From Candidatus Poribacteria bacterium (GTDB lineage: Bacteria; Poribacteria; WGA-4E; JAJDTR01), in assembly GCA_965222225.1 (NCBI GenBank), contig CBDCTK010000002.1:4000001-4064000 (forward strand): DNA of 64,000 nucleotides, in the 5' to 3' direction. Made by a program: the position numbers and the translations under genes. Below the pieces are notes generated by a model, which worked only from the letters and a program-made list of their open reading frames with translations, searched no databases and had not been told where the DNA came from. Shown piece after piece: positions 48,864 to 58,699 of the stretch (position 1 is its first letter; each line of letters opens with the position of its first letter).

Positions 48864-51390
48864 ACGATGCCCTTTTCCAAATCTCTTGGACAGTTTGTTT
48901 CAACTGAAATTCCGAAAAGATTGCGCTCGTCTGCTTGAGTTGCTCCCCATACAGGTAAGTACGTGATTGATGCAACTTGCGTTTCTCGGATGGTGTTGGC
49001 AAGAGTTGCACTACCTTCCCGGAAGATTGTTCCCGACTTTTAATCAACTTCAATTCTTCGAAGATGCCTATCCCGTTACAAACCGCATCGGGCGGAATCG
49101 AATTCGTGCGGGCTGCCGCAACCACCTCGTCCAACCGGATCGGCGCGTCGCTCTGAGAACCCAAGGATGTTATCGTTTGATACAATTTCTTCAGCGTCTC
49201 TTCGTCCGGATATTGCCACGATAGCAAGGTGTGCATGGAATCGGCATCTTTCGCACTGTAGATGAGATGGATATAGGTCGTTTCCGGAAATCTGAACGCC
49301 GGTTGACACCGATTAAAGAAGATTAGAGGTGTGGACACCGGATGGCAAAACACGAGATGTTTCGCGCTTTGAGACGCCGCCATCAACGTCCGACTTGTGA
49401 CGATTGCGAGCAACTTTCCATTTCCAAGCGTGTCTACCAGACCTTCGATTTCCGACTCCGACGTTGCATCATCACACCTACCTATCAATTCTGTTTGCGG
49501 ACCGATTAAGTCCAAGAATCGGTCTATCGCTTTTCCGTCCCGCACATAGAAAACGATAGGTTCTTCTTGTTCGAGGAGTTTCGAGAGATACGCCTTTTTG
49601 TCCGTGTGCCGCCGATCAACCAGCTTTACGGGACTATCCGTATCCTCCGTTGGAAACACGACTTGACGTTCGTGACGGTCGATTTTGCGGATGTCCTTGA
49701 TTGCCAACTGGGGCGAACTCCGTCCATTCCAATCGTTGATTTGAGGTGCACCAGCCAGATCGACGCATACGTTCTGTCCTCTCAACGCGATTTCGTAATC
49801 TGCCATCCCCCATCCTACCGCATCCAGCGCATGCCGTCCATCCGTCACATACAATTTTAGGTGTTGCTTCTCTTTGCCCATCCGGAGCGGCGGACGCTGG
49901 AGAACGAGTCCCCGGATTGCCAGTTGAGGCGCGGGATTGTCTTGGCCGAAGGGCTCCAGCAGATTTAGCTCCCGAATTGCGTTCAACGCGAGGAAAGACG
50001 CTTGCGCCTCGAAATCTATATCCAGTTTGGGAACGAGGTCCTCCTCCGATAGGTGTTCGGACGCATACTCGTTGAAACACTCCCTGAATTCCTCGATTTT
50101 TTCCGTTTCAATCGTTAATCCTGCCGCGGCTTGGTGCCCGCCGTGCTTGACCAGTAAATGCGTAGCGGCATTCAAACTGTCCGCCAAATTCAGTCCTTCA
50201 ATACTGCGTCCGGAACCGTGCGCTTCACTGCCATTGATTGCCAACAGAAAAACCGGGCGATGGTACATCTGCAGAATGCGTGAGGCAACAATCCCGACCA
50301 CTCCTTGATGCCAACCCTCCCGAGCTAACACCAACCCCTTGGCTTCATCGAGATTGACCGACCTCTTGACCAACTCGATTGCCTCCTCACGAATTCTGCC
50401 TTCGACTTCCCGTCGCTCCGTGTTGTTGGCATCAAGTTCCTCGGCAAAAGGAAGTGCCGCTTCATAGGATTCTGCCGTGAGCAGTTCAACGACCTTTGAA
50501 GCCGTGTCCATACGTCCGGCAGCATTGATGCGAGGCCCAAGCACAAATCCGAGTGTATGTCCGACAATAGGCTTGTTCTCGCTGAAACCGGCGACCTCGC
50601 ATAGCGCGTGAATCCCCGGACGTTTCCTATTATTGATTTCCGCCAGTCCCAGCTTGGTGAGCGTTCGATTTTCCCCCGTCAGCGTAGCCATATCGACGAC
50701 AGTGCCGAGGACGACGAGATCGAGTTGGTCAATGAGCGGTTGCGTAGGTTCGCCGCCTCCCATCAAGCCGTGAGCGAGCTTAAACGCCAGACCGACACCC
50801 GCCAAGCCATCGAGCAGGTACTCGCTATCCGCCATCTTGGGGTTAATGACGGCATGCGCGGAAGGCAACGCATCCGGAGGCGCTTGATGGTGATCGGTGA
50901 TGATGACATCCATTCCGACGTCATTCGCGAGTTTCACCTCGTTTACTGAGGTAATCCCGCAATCGACCGTGATGACGAGATCGCACCCCTTCGCTTTTAG
51001 ATCCTTCACGGCTTCTTGGTTCAGACCGTACCCCTCCCTAAACCGATCAGGAATGTAGTAGCGCACGGGCGCATCAAGCTCGCGAAAGACGCTTAACAGC
51101 AGCGCGACAGCGGTAGTGCCATCGGTATCGTAGTCGCCGTAGACCCAAATCTGCTCGCCTTTTTCTCTTGCCGCGTGAATTCGATCCACAGCCTTCTCCA
51201 TATCGTGCATCAGGAACGGATCGTGCAGATTGGAGAGAGTTGGGTACAGATACGTCTGCGCCGTCTCTACCGTTTCAATGCCGCGATTGACCAGCAGTTG
51301 CGCGACGAGTGGGGACACTTCAAGCCTCACCGCCAATGCGGAACTCTTCTCAATGTCGGGGGATTTGACTCGCCACTCCTTCTTCGTCAT
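48841..51390 (-). CDS. recJ: ssDNA-specific exonuclease RecJ with C-terminal extension
   Basis: GDYDTDG, TVDCG, DHH, PRINAAGR and GGH..AAG. Confidence 0.96.
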   Translation of the reverse strand: MTKKEWRVKSPDIEKSSALAVRLEVSPLVAQLLVNRGIETVETAQTYLYPTLSNLHDPFLMHDMEKAVDRIHAAREKGEQIWVYGDYDTDGTTAVALLLSVFRELDAPVRYYIPDRFREGYGLNQEAVKDLKAKGCDLVITVDCGITSVNEVKLANDVGMDVIITDHHQAPPDALPSAHAVINPKMADSEYLLDGLAGVGLAFKLAHGLMGGGEPTQPLIDQLDLVVLGTVVDMATLTGENRTLTKLGLAEINNRKRPGIHALCEVAGFSENKPIVGHTLGFVLGPRINAAGRMDTASKVVELLTAESYEAALPFAEELDANNTERREVEGRIREEAIELVKRSVNLDEAKGLVLAREGWHQGVVGIVASRILQMYHRPVFLLAINGSEAHGSGRSIEGLNLADSLNAATHLLVKHGGHQAAAGLTIETEKIEEFRECFNEYASEHLSEEDLVPKLDIDFEAQASFLALNAIRELNLLEPFGQDNPAPQLAIRGLVLQRPPLRMGKEKQHLKLYVTDGRHALDAVGWGMADYEIALRGQNVCVDLAGAPQINDWNGRSSPQLAIKDIRKIDRHERQVVFPTEDTDSPVKLVDRRHTDKKAYLSKLLEQEEPIVFYVRDGKAIDRFLDLIGPQTELIGRCDDATSESEIEGLVDTLGNGKLLAIVTSRTLMAASQSAKHLVFCHPVSTPLIFFNRCQPAFRFPETTYIHLIYSAKDADSMHTLLSWQYPDEETLKKLYQTITSLGSQSDAPIRLDEVVAAARTNSIPPDAVCNGIGIFEELKLIKSREQSSGKVVQLLPTPSEKRKLHQSRTYLYGEQLKQTSAIFSEFQLKQTVQEIWKRASYECRNSN

Positions 51391-51827
51391 GATGAAGTTA
51401 TACTATCATGAACCGGAAACGCCGTCAAGAGTAAGAACAATGGCAATCAGGGGAAACGCGTCTGATTGTAGGCATCCAAGTGACCAAACGAAGGGAGATC
51501 AAGCGACTGGAATGGGTAGCAACTTAAATTAATTCTAACGCTTTCTGTCACTTGGCAAACACTTTTCCACGTTGCGAGGAAGATATGAATTGCCGTATCA
51601 TTATCATGATTTTCTTTCGAGTACAGGAAAAACGAGGGCGCGGTGTGGATCTCTATGGAAATTCTATCGCCCTCACTATTCGTTCGGTTGATCGCTCCCT
51701 ATGGGATATACTGTCAAGTTTGCTATCGCCTTCCTTATCCAGTCAGTTGATCCTCGCCCCTACGATTAGGTGTTTCTCGGCGAATGTCAGGACGGGATAC
51801 ATGGCTTAATTAACCCCGGAGGAACAG

Positions 51828-52910
51828 ATGAGAGCTGCACGTTTTTATGGAGGTAAAGATATTCGAGTCGAAACTGTGCCGGAGCCAGAGCCGGAGGAGC
51901 GCGAGGTACTCGTTGAAGTCCAAGCAACCGGCATCTGCGGCAGTGACCTGCACGGCTATCACCATCAGCCGGATAAACCACGACCCCCTGCAACAGGCGG
52001 ACACGAACTCACGGGACGAGTCACCGGCGTTGGGGTGGCGGTTCGTCAATATCAGATCGGCGATCAGGTCGTCGTCGAGCCGATAGTCCCATGCAACAAT
52101 TGCCCTGAATGTCTAAACGGCAATTACAATCTGTGTTCAAAGCTCATTCATATCGGCGGTTCCAGAGGAAAACGTCTGGGCAATGTTTTCAGCGGGGGCT
52201 TTGCCGAGTATATGGTTGCGCCCGAAGATAACGTCTACGAATTACCTAATCGGGTTTCGTTCGAGGCGGGAGCAATGGCTGAAGTTTACGCCGTAGCCGT
52301 CCACGCCTTGTCGATGGCGCCAGTCCATCCGGGCGATAGCGTGGCGGTCATCGGCAGCGGTCCGGTCGGTTTGGCGCTCGCGCAGATGGCGCAACTGGCT
52401 GGTGCGGTGTCCGTCGCTGTCTTGGGCAAACCGGACGCGCCGTTACAAATTGCCAAAGAGTCGATCGGCATCTTCCCGATTAACGTAGACGCAGCCGACG
52501 CGGTCGAGGCAGTCCAAGCGTGGACGAACGGTCGCGGCGCGAATGTCGTCTTCGAGGCGGTCGGCGGAAGGGCACAAACGCTTCAGCAAGCGACGCAGAT
52601 TGCCGCGATACGGGGGAAAATTTGTATGGTCGGTGGACACACCGGCGCGCTTGAGTTGGACACGCGGTTCGCAAGGGGTCGTGAATTGACCCTCACGTGG
52701 TCATTCTGCTACGGTCGGCGAGATGGAAAGCGGGAGTTTCAGATTGCGCTCGACCTGATGGCGGCCGGCAAACTCGACCCAATGCCGTTAATCACTCACC
52801 GTTTCCCACTAGATGAGATTCAACAGCCGTTTGCCGTCGCCGCCGGACGTGATGAACACGGCTCGGTGAAGGTTCTGGTATTGCCCTCCGACTCACACGG
52901 AGATCACTGA
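51828..52910 (+). CDS. Zinc-binding MDR alcohol/sugar dehydrogenase
   Basis: GICGSD, GHE, CxxCxxC(7)C and GSGPVG. Confidence 0.93.
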   Translation: MRAARFYGGKDIRVETVPEPEPEEREVLVEVQATGICGSDLHGYHHQPDKPRPPATGGHELTGRVTGVGVAVRQYQIGDQVVVEPIVPCNNCPECLNGNYNLCSKLIHIGGSRGKRLGNVFSGGFAEYMVAPEDNVYELPNRVSFEAGAMAEVYAVAVHALSMAPVHPGDSVAVIGSGPVGLALAQMAQLAGAVSVAVLGKPDAPLQIAKESIGIFPINVDAADAVEAVQAWTNGRGANVVFEAVGGRAQTLQQATQIAAIRGKICMVGGHTGALELDTRFARGRELTLTWSFCYGRRDGKREFQIALDLMAAGKLDPMPLITHRFPLDEIQQPFAVAAGRDEHGSVKVLVLPSDSHGDH

Positions 52911-53223
52911 AAACTTCGAGAGATCAAATGAGCGAATAGCGAATGCGATAGAGATCCCTTCAAACGAGCGATTAGCGAACAGGATAGGTCTTCAGGGTTA
53001 AGTGCGAGAATGAAACTTGTTGCGGGAACACGCGTTTGCCCTATGAGTGCAAGTTGATTGCAATGATACCCAATATGGTTCTGGAGGCCCCGATGTATGC
53101 GCTCTTGACACAACTGCTTGACACTTCCAACTACCGGGTGGTTTCTGCCGTGATTACAACAGATATAGTCGTTTCAACCAAGATTTATGCATATAGGATT
53201 TACACTGTTCGGTTTGTAGTCGC

Positions 53224-53680
53224 GATCAAGGGAGCGAATAGCGACTGCGATAGGGATCTTAAATAGAGATCAGGATTTACTATGGGAGTTCTATCGCACT
53301 CATTATTCATTCGCTTGATCCATCCTTATCCAGTCGGTTAATCGATAGAATTCCCTTTATTGCGCGTCTTCTGTAGGAGCGAGTTCTGCTCGCGATAGGA
53401 GGTCGCGATTCGGAGAGGGATCTCTATCGCACTCACTATCCGTTCGCTTGATCGCTCCTACAATCCTTTGGATGCGTCACTGCGTAAGTCCTAAGTTCGA
53501 CGTTTTACGTTTGTAAGGATTAAACAATCGGATAGCGATCGGATAACGATCAAAATTTTCTATCGCACTTGGATGTCTATCGCACTAACTGTGGGATCTA
53601 CTATTAGGATTCACTATCGCACTCATTAGCCATTCGCTTGATCCTTCGCTATCCGCTCAGTTGATCGTTCCTTTGATCGC
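53224..53680. repeat. Dense cluster of the 35-37 nt mini-element (consensus ~GATCAAGCGAGCGAATAGCGAGTGCGATAGAAATCCC), nested copies
   Basis: At least 7 copies here. Others at about 4518-4590, 6712, 11493, 14190, 14470-14778, 19872, 23576, 27033-27406, 28508, 32337, 32557, 35526-35715, 51647, 52922 and 60500. Confidence 0.85.
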
Positions 53681-53770
53681 TCACCCCAATCTACAAGCCG
53701 CGAAACTCTATAAACATCGCTTTTTCTTTGTTATTTTGTAGAAAATCCCCGAAATTACGGGAGTTTCAGA

Positions 53771-53799
53771 TTGAAATCCACTGGCAGATGTGCTAAACT
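53771..53799 (+). promoter_or_regulatory. Sigma70-like promoter for the tonB cluster
   Basis: TTGAAA-17 nt-TAAACT with an extended TG. Confidence 0.5.
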
Positions 53800-53865
53800 G
53801 AAAGGTAATGCGCAATTATTTGGCACAAACACTCCACCCCCAAACTGTTTCAACGAGAGTGAACA

Positions 53866-54855
53866 ATGGGATCTAGCCAGAACTCAGCGGCACATTTGGA
53901 AAACATGCGGCACCGCCGCATAAATCGAATGAAGCGTCAAAGAGCAATTGAAATCGGTAAACCGGTTGATGTCTCTTTGAAACCCATGGCATTGAACTCT
54001 TTACAGAAGAAGGAACTTTCCGGGCTGCAACTGCACGCTCACGGCGACCAGAAACATCAGGGCGCGAAGCGAAGCAGGGCATCCGTATTGGCTTCCTTGG
54101 GGCTTCACGCGATTATGGTGTTTATTGCGGCATTCTACGTCGTCAGAACCACTCAAGTTGATGACGAGGCTGTCAGCGTCGACTTTTTTCAACAGATTCT
54201 GGAAAAACGCAATCCGCCTATACGGAAGGAGGTAGTAAAGCAGAAAGCACTGCCTACCGAGCCGCTTAAGCCAATAGTCCTACCGGTACCGAAAGTGCCG
54301 GTGCGTCCAATCACATCAGACAGCGAAGGCAGCTTAGGAGACCCTAGTATGGGAGGTCTTGTTGATTCAGGTCTCGTCGCGGGTGGTAACATAAACACTG
54401 GCGGTATTATAGATAACTTAGGACCCGTCAAGCCACCGACATTTGATACCGGCGATCCAACGGAGAGTTTCCGACCAACATTCGACGAAGACGGTCTGGG
54501 TGTAATTGGTGAGCCGCCAGACCTTGAGAATACTCCCGACGCCGACCTCACCGGCGGCGATGCCTTCAAGCCCACGGAGATATTAAGGCCGCCCAGTTTC
54601 CGCAATAAAGTCGAGCCGAAATACCCGAGCGCGGCGAAGCGCGCCGGGAAAGAGGGCAAGGTTGTTCTGATGGCTACCATTGGCGTGGATGGCAAGGCTA
54701 CAGACATTGAGGTGAAGGAGGACAAAGTTGGATTTGGCTGCGCAAGAGCCGCCATACGGGCTTTGAAATCCTCACGCTTCAACCCTGCCAAACGGGGTGG
54801 GGAGAGCGTTCCCCAGAGGATATCCGTTCCGTATACCTTCAAAATTGAAGAATAA
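53866..54855 (+). CDS. TonB family energy transducer
   Basis: TM anchor with SLGLH, Pro-rich linker, and TonB-C domain PKYP..AKRAGKEGKV...RFNPA..GG. Confidence 0.9.
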   Translation: MGSSQNSAAHLENMRHRRINRMKRQRAIEIGKPVDVSLKPMALNSLQKKELSGLQLHAHGDQKHQGAKRSRASVLASLGLHAIMVFIAAFYVVRTTQVDDEAVSVDFFQQILEKRNPPIRKEVVKQKALPTEPLKPIVLPVPKVPVRPITSDSEGSLGDPSMGGLVDSGLVAGGNINTGGIIDNLGPVKPPTFDTGDPTESFRPTFDEDGLGVIGEPPDLENTPDADLTGGDAFKPTEILRPPSFRNKVEPKYPSAAKRAGKEGKVVLMATIGVDGKATDIEVKEDKVGFGCARAAIRALKSSRFNPAKRGGESVPQRISVPYTFKIEE

Positions 54856-54966
54856 ACGCCTCGCCGGTACGGTCAACAAACGCGTAAAACACAGGTCACT
54901 TTGGACCCAAATTGACGCGCCTAGGTTTAGCAAAACCACATCCCGCCGTTTGAAGGAGGTCAAACA

Positions 54967-55838
54967 ATGAAATCCAGCCAAGGGATTTCTGTGGCACATC
55001 TGGAAACCGTACGGCAGCGTCGCATGAGGCGAATTCGGCGTCAACGAGCGATTGAAGTCGGTAAACCGGTTGATGTCTCTTTGAAAGCCATGGCGTTGAA
55101 CCCTACCCAAAAGAGGGTACTTTCCGACCTGCACGTCCAACCGCATGTCGACCAGAAGCATCAAATCATGACACCGAAACGCGTGTCCGTAATGGCTGCT
55201 TAGGGCTTCACCTAATCGCCGTACTGCTTGGATCCTATTATGTTCTTAAACCCGCCCGTCTTGATGCTGAGACGAAAAACGGTGAAATTGTCCACTCAAT
55301 CTGCGGTATCGGAGCACGCAGTCTCCCACCTCTTCAATTTTCAAGAACGCCAAATCCGGTTCCCTCGGGATTGGGGTGCATGGGCGGTAATCCATCGGGA
55401 AATTTTGTCCCTACTCCTGGTTATGAGAAAATTCGCCGCGACGCTTTCAGCTCTCTTGAAGTTACGAGACCGCCCAGTTTCCGCAAAAAAGTCGAGCCGA
55501 AATACCCGAGCGAGGCGAAGCGCGCCGGGAAAGAGGGTAAGGTTGTTCTGATGGCTACCATTGACGTGGATGGCAAAGCCAAAGAAATTGAGGTCAAGGA
55601 GGACGAGGTTGGATTTGGCTGCGCCAGAGCCGTCATACAGGCTTTGAAATCCTCACGCTTCAACCCTGGCAAACTGGGTGACGAGATTGTCCCCTACAGA
55701 ATAGCAATCCCCTATCAGTTCAAGTTGGAAGATGAAGTGACTCGCGCGAACCGTCAACAAACGCGCGTGAACCACAGGTCACCGCGAACGTCCATTGAGA
55801 GCGATCTCGTGAAGATAGTCGAAGTCGGTTGTTGGTAG
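54967..55838 (+). pseudogene. Second TonB paralog: 1-bp frameshift near 55200 and lost stop codon
   Basis: N-terminus is homologous to copy 1. Adding one T restores AALGLHL and runs into the TonB-C domain of 55371..55838. May be intact if the shift is a sequencing error. Confidence 0.8.
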
Positions 55839-56010
55839 AGAGAGTGTTTCCACAGGTTTGTCAAAGCAGACTAAAAGGCACTCCGATGCGTCATACTTTT
55901 TTCTATTGGCAAAATTGAACCCGAAATTCATTCTTGGGCAACCCTCTTAGCCTATAGCCGCGCCTCGGTTTAGAAAAACCACATCCGGCCCGCTTGAACG
56001 AGGCCAAGCA

Positions 56011-56212
56011 ATGAAATCCAGCCAGGACAATTCCACAGCACATTTGGGGGACATGCAACGGCGTCGCATGCAAGGAGGACAAGGTTGGATTTGGCTGCGC
56101 AAGAGCCGCCATTCAGGCTTTGAAATCCTCATGGTTCTACCCTGCCAAACGGGGTGAGGAAATCGTTCCCCAGAGGATAACCATTCCGTATACCTTCACA
56201 ATTGAAGATTAA
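56011..56212 (+). pseudogene. Third TonB paralog remnant with large internal deletion
   Basis: MKSSQDNSTAHLGDMQRRRM is joined out of frame to KEDKVGFGCARAAIQALKSS...PYTFTIED*. Confidence 0.85.
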
Positions 56213-56219
56213 CAGTTTC

Positions 56220-57095
56220 ATGGGAAGGTCAATTAATGAGGCGATAACAGTAACGCTTCCCCGCTTCATTTCGCTTGTTAGCCCCCCAAACCTCTTTAGA
56301 CTCACATTAACGCTTGCCGTTCTTTTGCTCACCTCTTCTCTCGCCCTCTCCGCCGAATTCCCGTTTGAAGAAGCGCGACCGCACTATACCGGGGCGCGTG
56401 CCTTGGGAATGGGGAATGCGTTTACCGCTGTCGCCGATGACGCTTCGGCGGGCTTCTGGAATCCCGCGGGATTGATTCAGTGGACAGGCGTAAAACTCTT
56501 TGGCGTCAACAAATTGCATGACCGCTCGGATTACGCCTTCGATCCGAAGGGCATCGGCTATTCCTATCGTAGATTCGGCTTATTCTGGGGCAACAAAATC
56601 GCGTTGGGCGTCGAGTCGGGAACCCCGGATTTCAACTACTACGGGTTTGCCTACCAGATAAGTTCGCACGTTGCGGGCGGCGCCAACGTCAAATTTCAAC
56701 GCGCACATCCGAGCGACCATTACCAGTTCTTTGGTACGGATCCCTCCTACGATTTTGCTCTCCTCCTCAAGCCTAGCGCCAATCTTAAGTTCGGTCTTCT
56801 GGCGGGACGCCTGCCCAAGACGCGCGGAGTTCGCTGGGTAACGCTAGGCGCCGCATTCCAGTTTCGGCAGGCGCTGTTTGCATCGGACATCGCCATACCG
56901 CGTTCGGGGCGCCCAGACCTCTATTTCGGTATCGAGTGGTCAGCCCTGCCGTTCCTATATCTGCGCACCGGCTATTCGGCTCACGATTGGACGGGCGGCA
57001 TCGGCTACGATTGGAAATGGGGACGCATCGACTACGCCAGAATCTACGAAGACAAATTTACGTCGGATTTTATCTCGGCGGAAATACGGTTTTGA
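56220..57095 (+). CDS. PorV/FadL-like outer-membrane beta-barrel protein
   Basis: Signal peptide, GARALGMGNAFTAVADDASAGFWNPAGL and a C-terminal Phe. Confidence 0.82.
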   Translation: MGRSINEAITVTLPRFISLVSPPNLFRLTLTLAVLLLTSSLALSAEFPFEEARPHYTGARALGMGNAFTAVADDASAGFWNPAGLIQWTGVKLFGVNKLHDRSDYAFDPKGIGYSYRRFGLFWGNKIALGVESGTPDFNYYGFAYQISSHVAGGANVKFQRAHPSDHYQFFGTDPSYDFALLLKPSANLKFGLLAGRLPKTRGVRWVTLGAAFQFRQALFASDIAIPRSGRPDLYFGIEWSALPFLYLRTGYSAHDWTGGIGYDWKWGRIDYARIYEDKFTSDFISAEIRF

Positions 57096-57201
57096 AGGCA
57101 TCTTCCGATGCTCCTACCCCTGCACCATTCGACCATTCCAATAATTGGGCGCTTTCTATACTGCCCACGTTTTGACGGAACAATCCAAGCCGAAAAACCG
57201 A

Positions 57202-57230
57202 TTGACACACGAATCCTTTCAGGTTATGCT
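57202..57230 (+). promoter_or_regulatory. Sigma70 promoter for the rsmD operon (very short leader)
   Basis: TTGACA-17 nt-TATGCT, 17 nt before the ATG. No clear SD. Confidence 0.65.
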
Positions 57231-57247
57231 TACGGAACAAAAATCTG

Positions 57248-57829
57248 ATGAGAATCATCTCCGGAAGGTTCAAAGGCAAACGCTTGACCTCGGTCAAAGC
57301 GAACACGGTGCGACCGACTTCGGATCGTGTAAAAGAGTCCGTGTTTGGGATTCTGGGCGACAGGATAATCGATTCAAATTTCCTGGACCTCTGCGCGGGC
57401 ACGGGCAACATTGGGCTTGAAGCATTGAGCCGCGGGGCGAAATCTGTGACCTTTGTTGATCGGAGCCCTCATTGCATCCGCGTGATTAAGTCCAATCTTT
57501 CGGGTTGTAGTGTGAGCGGCGACGAACCTCACGTAAATATCGTCAAGCTGGATATGCTCAAGGGAATCGCTTTTTTCGCTCGGCGCAACGCCCGATTTGA
57601 TTTAATCTACTTCGATCCGCCTTACGATTCGGACATCCATGAAGCTTGCCTGAGACAGATTGATAAGAACAATATGCTGCTACCCCTCGGTCAAGTTATC
57701 GTGGAGCGGCGGAGAGAACGGAAGGGAGAGTGCGCTGCGCCTGTAGCGTTTGACGAGTTGAGACTGAAACGACAGGAACGGTACGGTGATACGGTTATAT
57801 CGTTCTACCAAAGGGAGGACACTGGATGA
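57248..57829 (+). CDS. rsmD: 16S rRNA m2G966 methyltransferase
   Basis: MRIISG..KG...RPTSDRVKES, DLCAGTG, EALSRGA and DPPY. Confidence 0.95.
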   Translation: MRIISGRFKGKRLTSVKANTVRPTSDRVKESVFGILGDRIIDSNFLDLCAGTGNIGLEALSRGAKSVTFVDRSPHCIRVIKSNLSGCSVSGDEPHVNIVKLDMLKGIAFFARRNARFDLIYFDPPYDSDIHEACLRQIDKNNMLLPLGQVIVERRRERKGECAAPVAFDELRLKRQERYGDTVISFYQREDTG

Positions 57830-58611
57830 AACTTTCAAGTCAGGAGAAGATGGTGCCCGGAGCGGAACTGGGAGAGAAACTTGACAACCTGGCGGCATAC
57901 GGTTACGAGGGGATTGAATTCGGGGGTAACAGTTTGGGGGAACGGCAGGATGAGATAGTCAAAGCAACCGAGAATCATCCCGTCAAAGCCAGTACAATTT
58001 GCGCCGGTTATCCCGGTTGTCTCTTGGACAGCGATCCCGAGCAACGGGAGCTTGCGATCGCGGGAATCAGATCTCTGCTGAAGGTTGGGGCGGCGATCGG
58101 CGCTGTCGGGCTGATTATGGTGCCTGTTTTTGGCGCGCCGCGCATCAGTGACTTAAGCCCGTATAAGACGACGACGGAACTCGAAACCGAACTTCTCGTT
58201 GAAATTCTGAAGGATCTCGGGGGCTATGCCGAGGAAGTCGGGTCTATTGTGCTGCTTGAACCCCTCAATCGCTATGAAACGCACTTCATCAGGAGCCTCA
58301 ACGACGGAGTTGAAATCTGCAAGCGGGTGGGCAGCCCCAACGTGGCGATTATGGCGGACTTCTTTCACATGAGCCTTGAGGAGAGAAACATTCCGGAGAG
58401 CATTGAGGCGGCGGGCGAGTACATCAGGCACGTCCATCTGGCGGACAGCACCCGTGAACTTCCGGGATATGGACACACGGATTTCGCTGCCGGATTTGCA
58501 GCGTTGAAACGAATCGGATATCGGGACTACATGGCGTTGGAATGCGCCATCCCGGGCCCCGGTGAAGTCGAACTCCCGAAATCGGCGACGTATATGAAAC
58601 AGTGGCTTTAG
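57826..58611 (+). CDS. Sugar-phosphate isomerase/epimerase (TIM barrel)
   Basis: EPLNRYE, DFFHM and HVHLADS.R..PG.G. Confidence 0.9.
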   Translation: MKLSSQEKMVPGAELGEKLDNLAAYGYEGIEFGGNSLGERQDEIVKATENHPVKASTICAGYPGCLLDSDPEQRELAIAGIRSLLKVGAAIGAVGLIMVPVFGAPRISDLSPYKTTTELETELLVEILKDLGGYAEEVGSIVLLEPLNRYETHFIRSLNDGVEICKRVGSPNVAIMADFFHMSLEERNIPESIEAAGEYIRHVHLADSTRELPGYGHTDFAAGFAALKRIGYRDYMALECAIPGPGEVELPKSATYMKQWL

Positions 58612-58699
58612 AGATGATTCCGATGACGCTTGGTCGACGAACTCGTAAGTCCTATATTCGATTCGAGATGCGCAAGAGTCGGAATTAACGGAGGGAAAA

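Noticed and set aside
53224-53680. CRISPR array (repeats of 35-37 nt)
   Set aside because: Copies are degenerate, in both orientations, nested and dispersed. There are no regular unique spacers and no cas genes.
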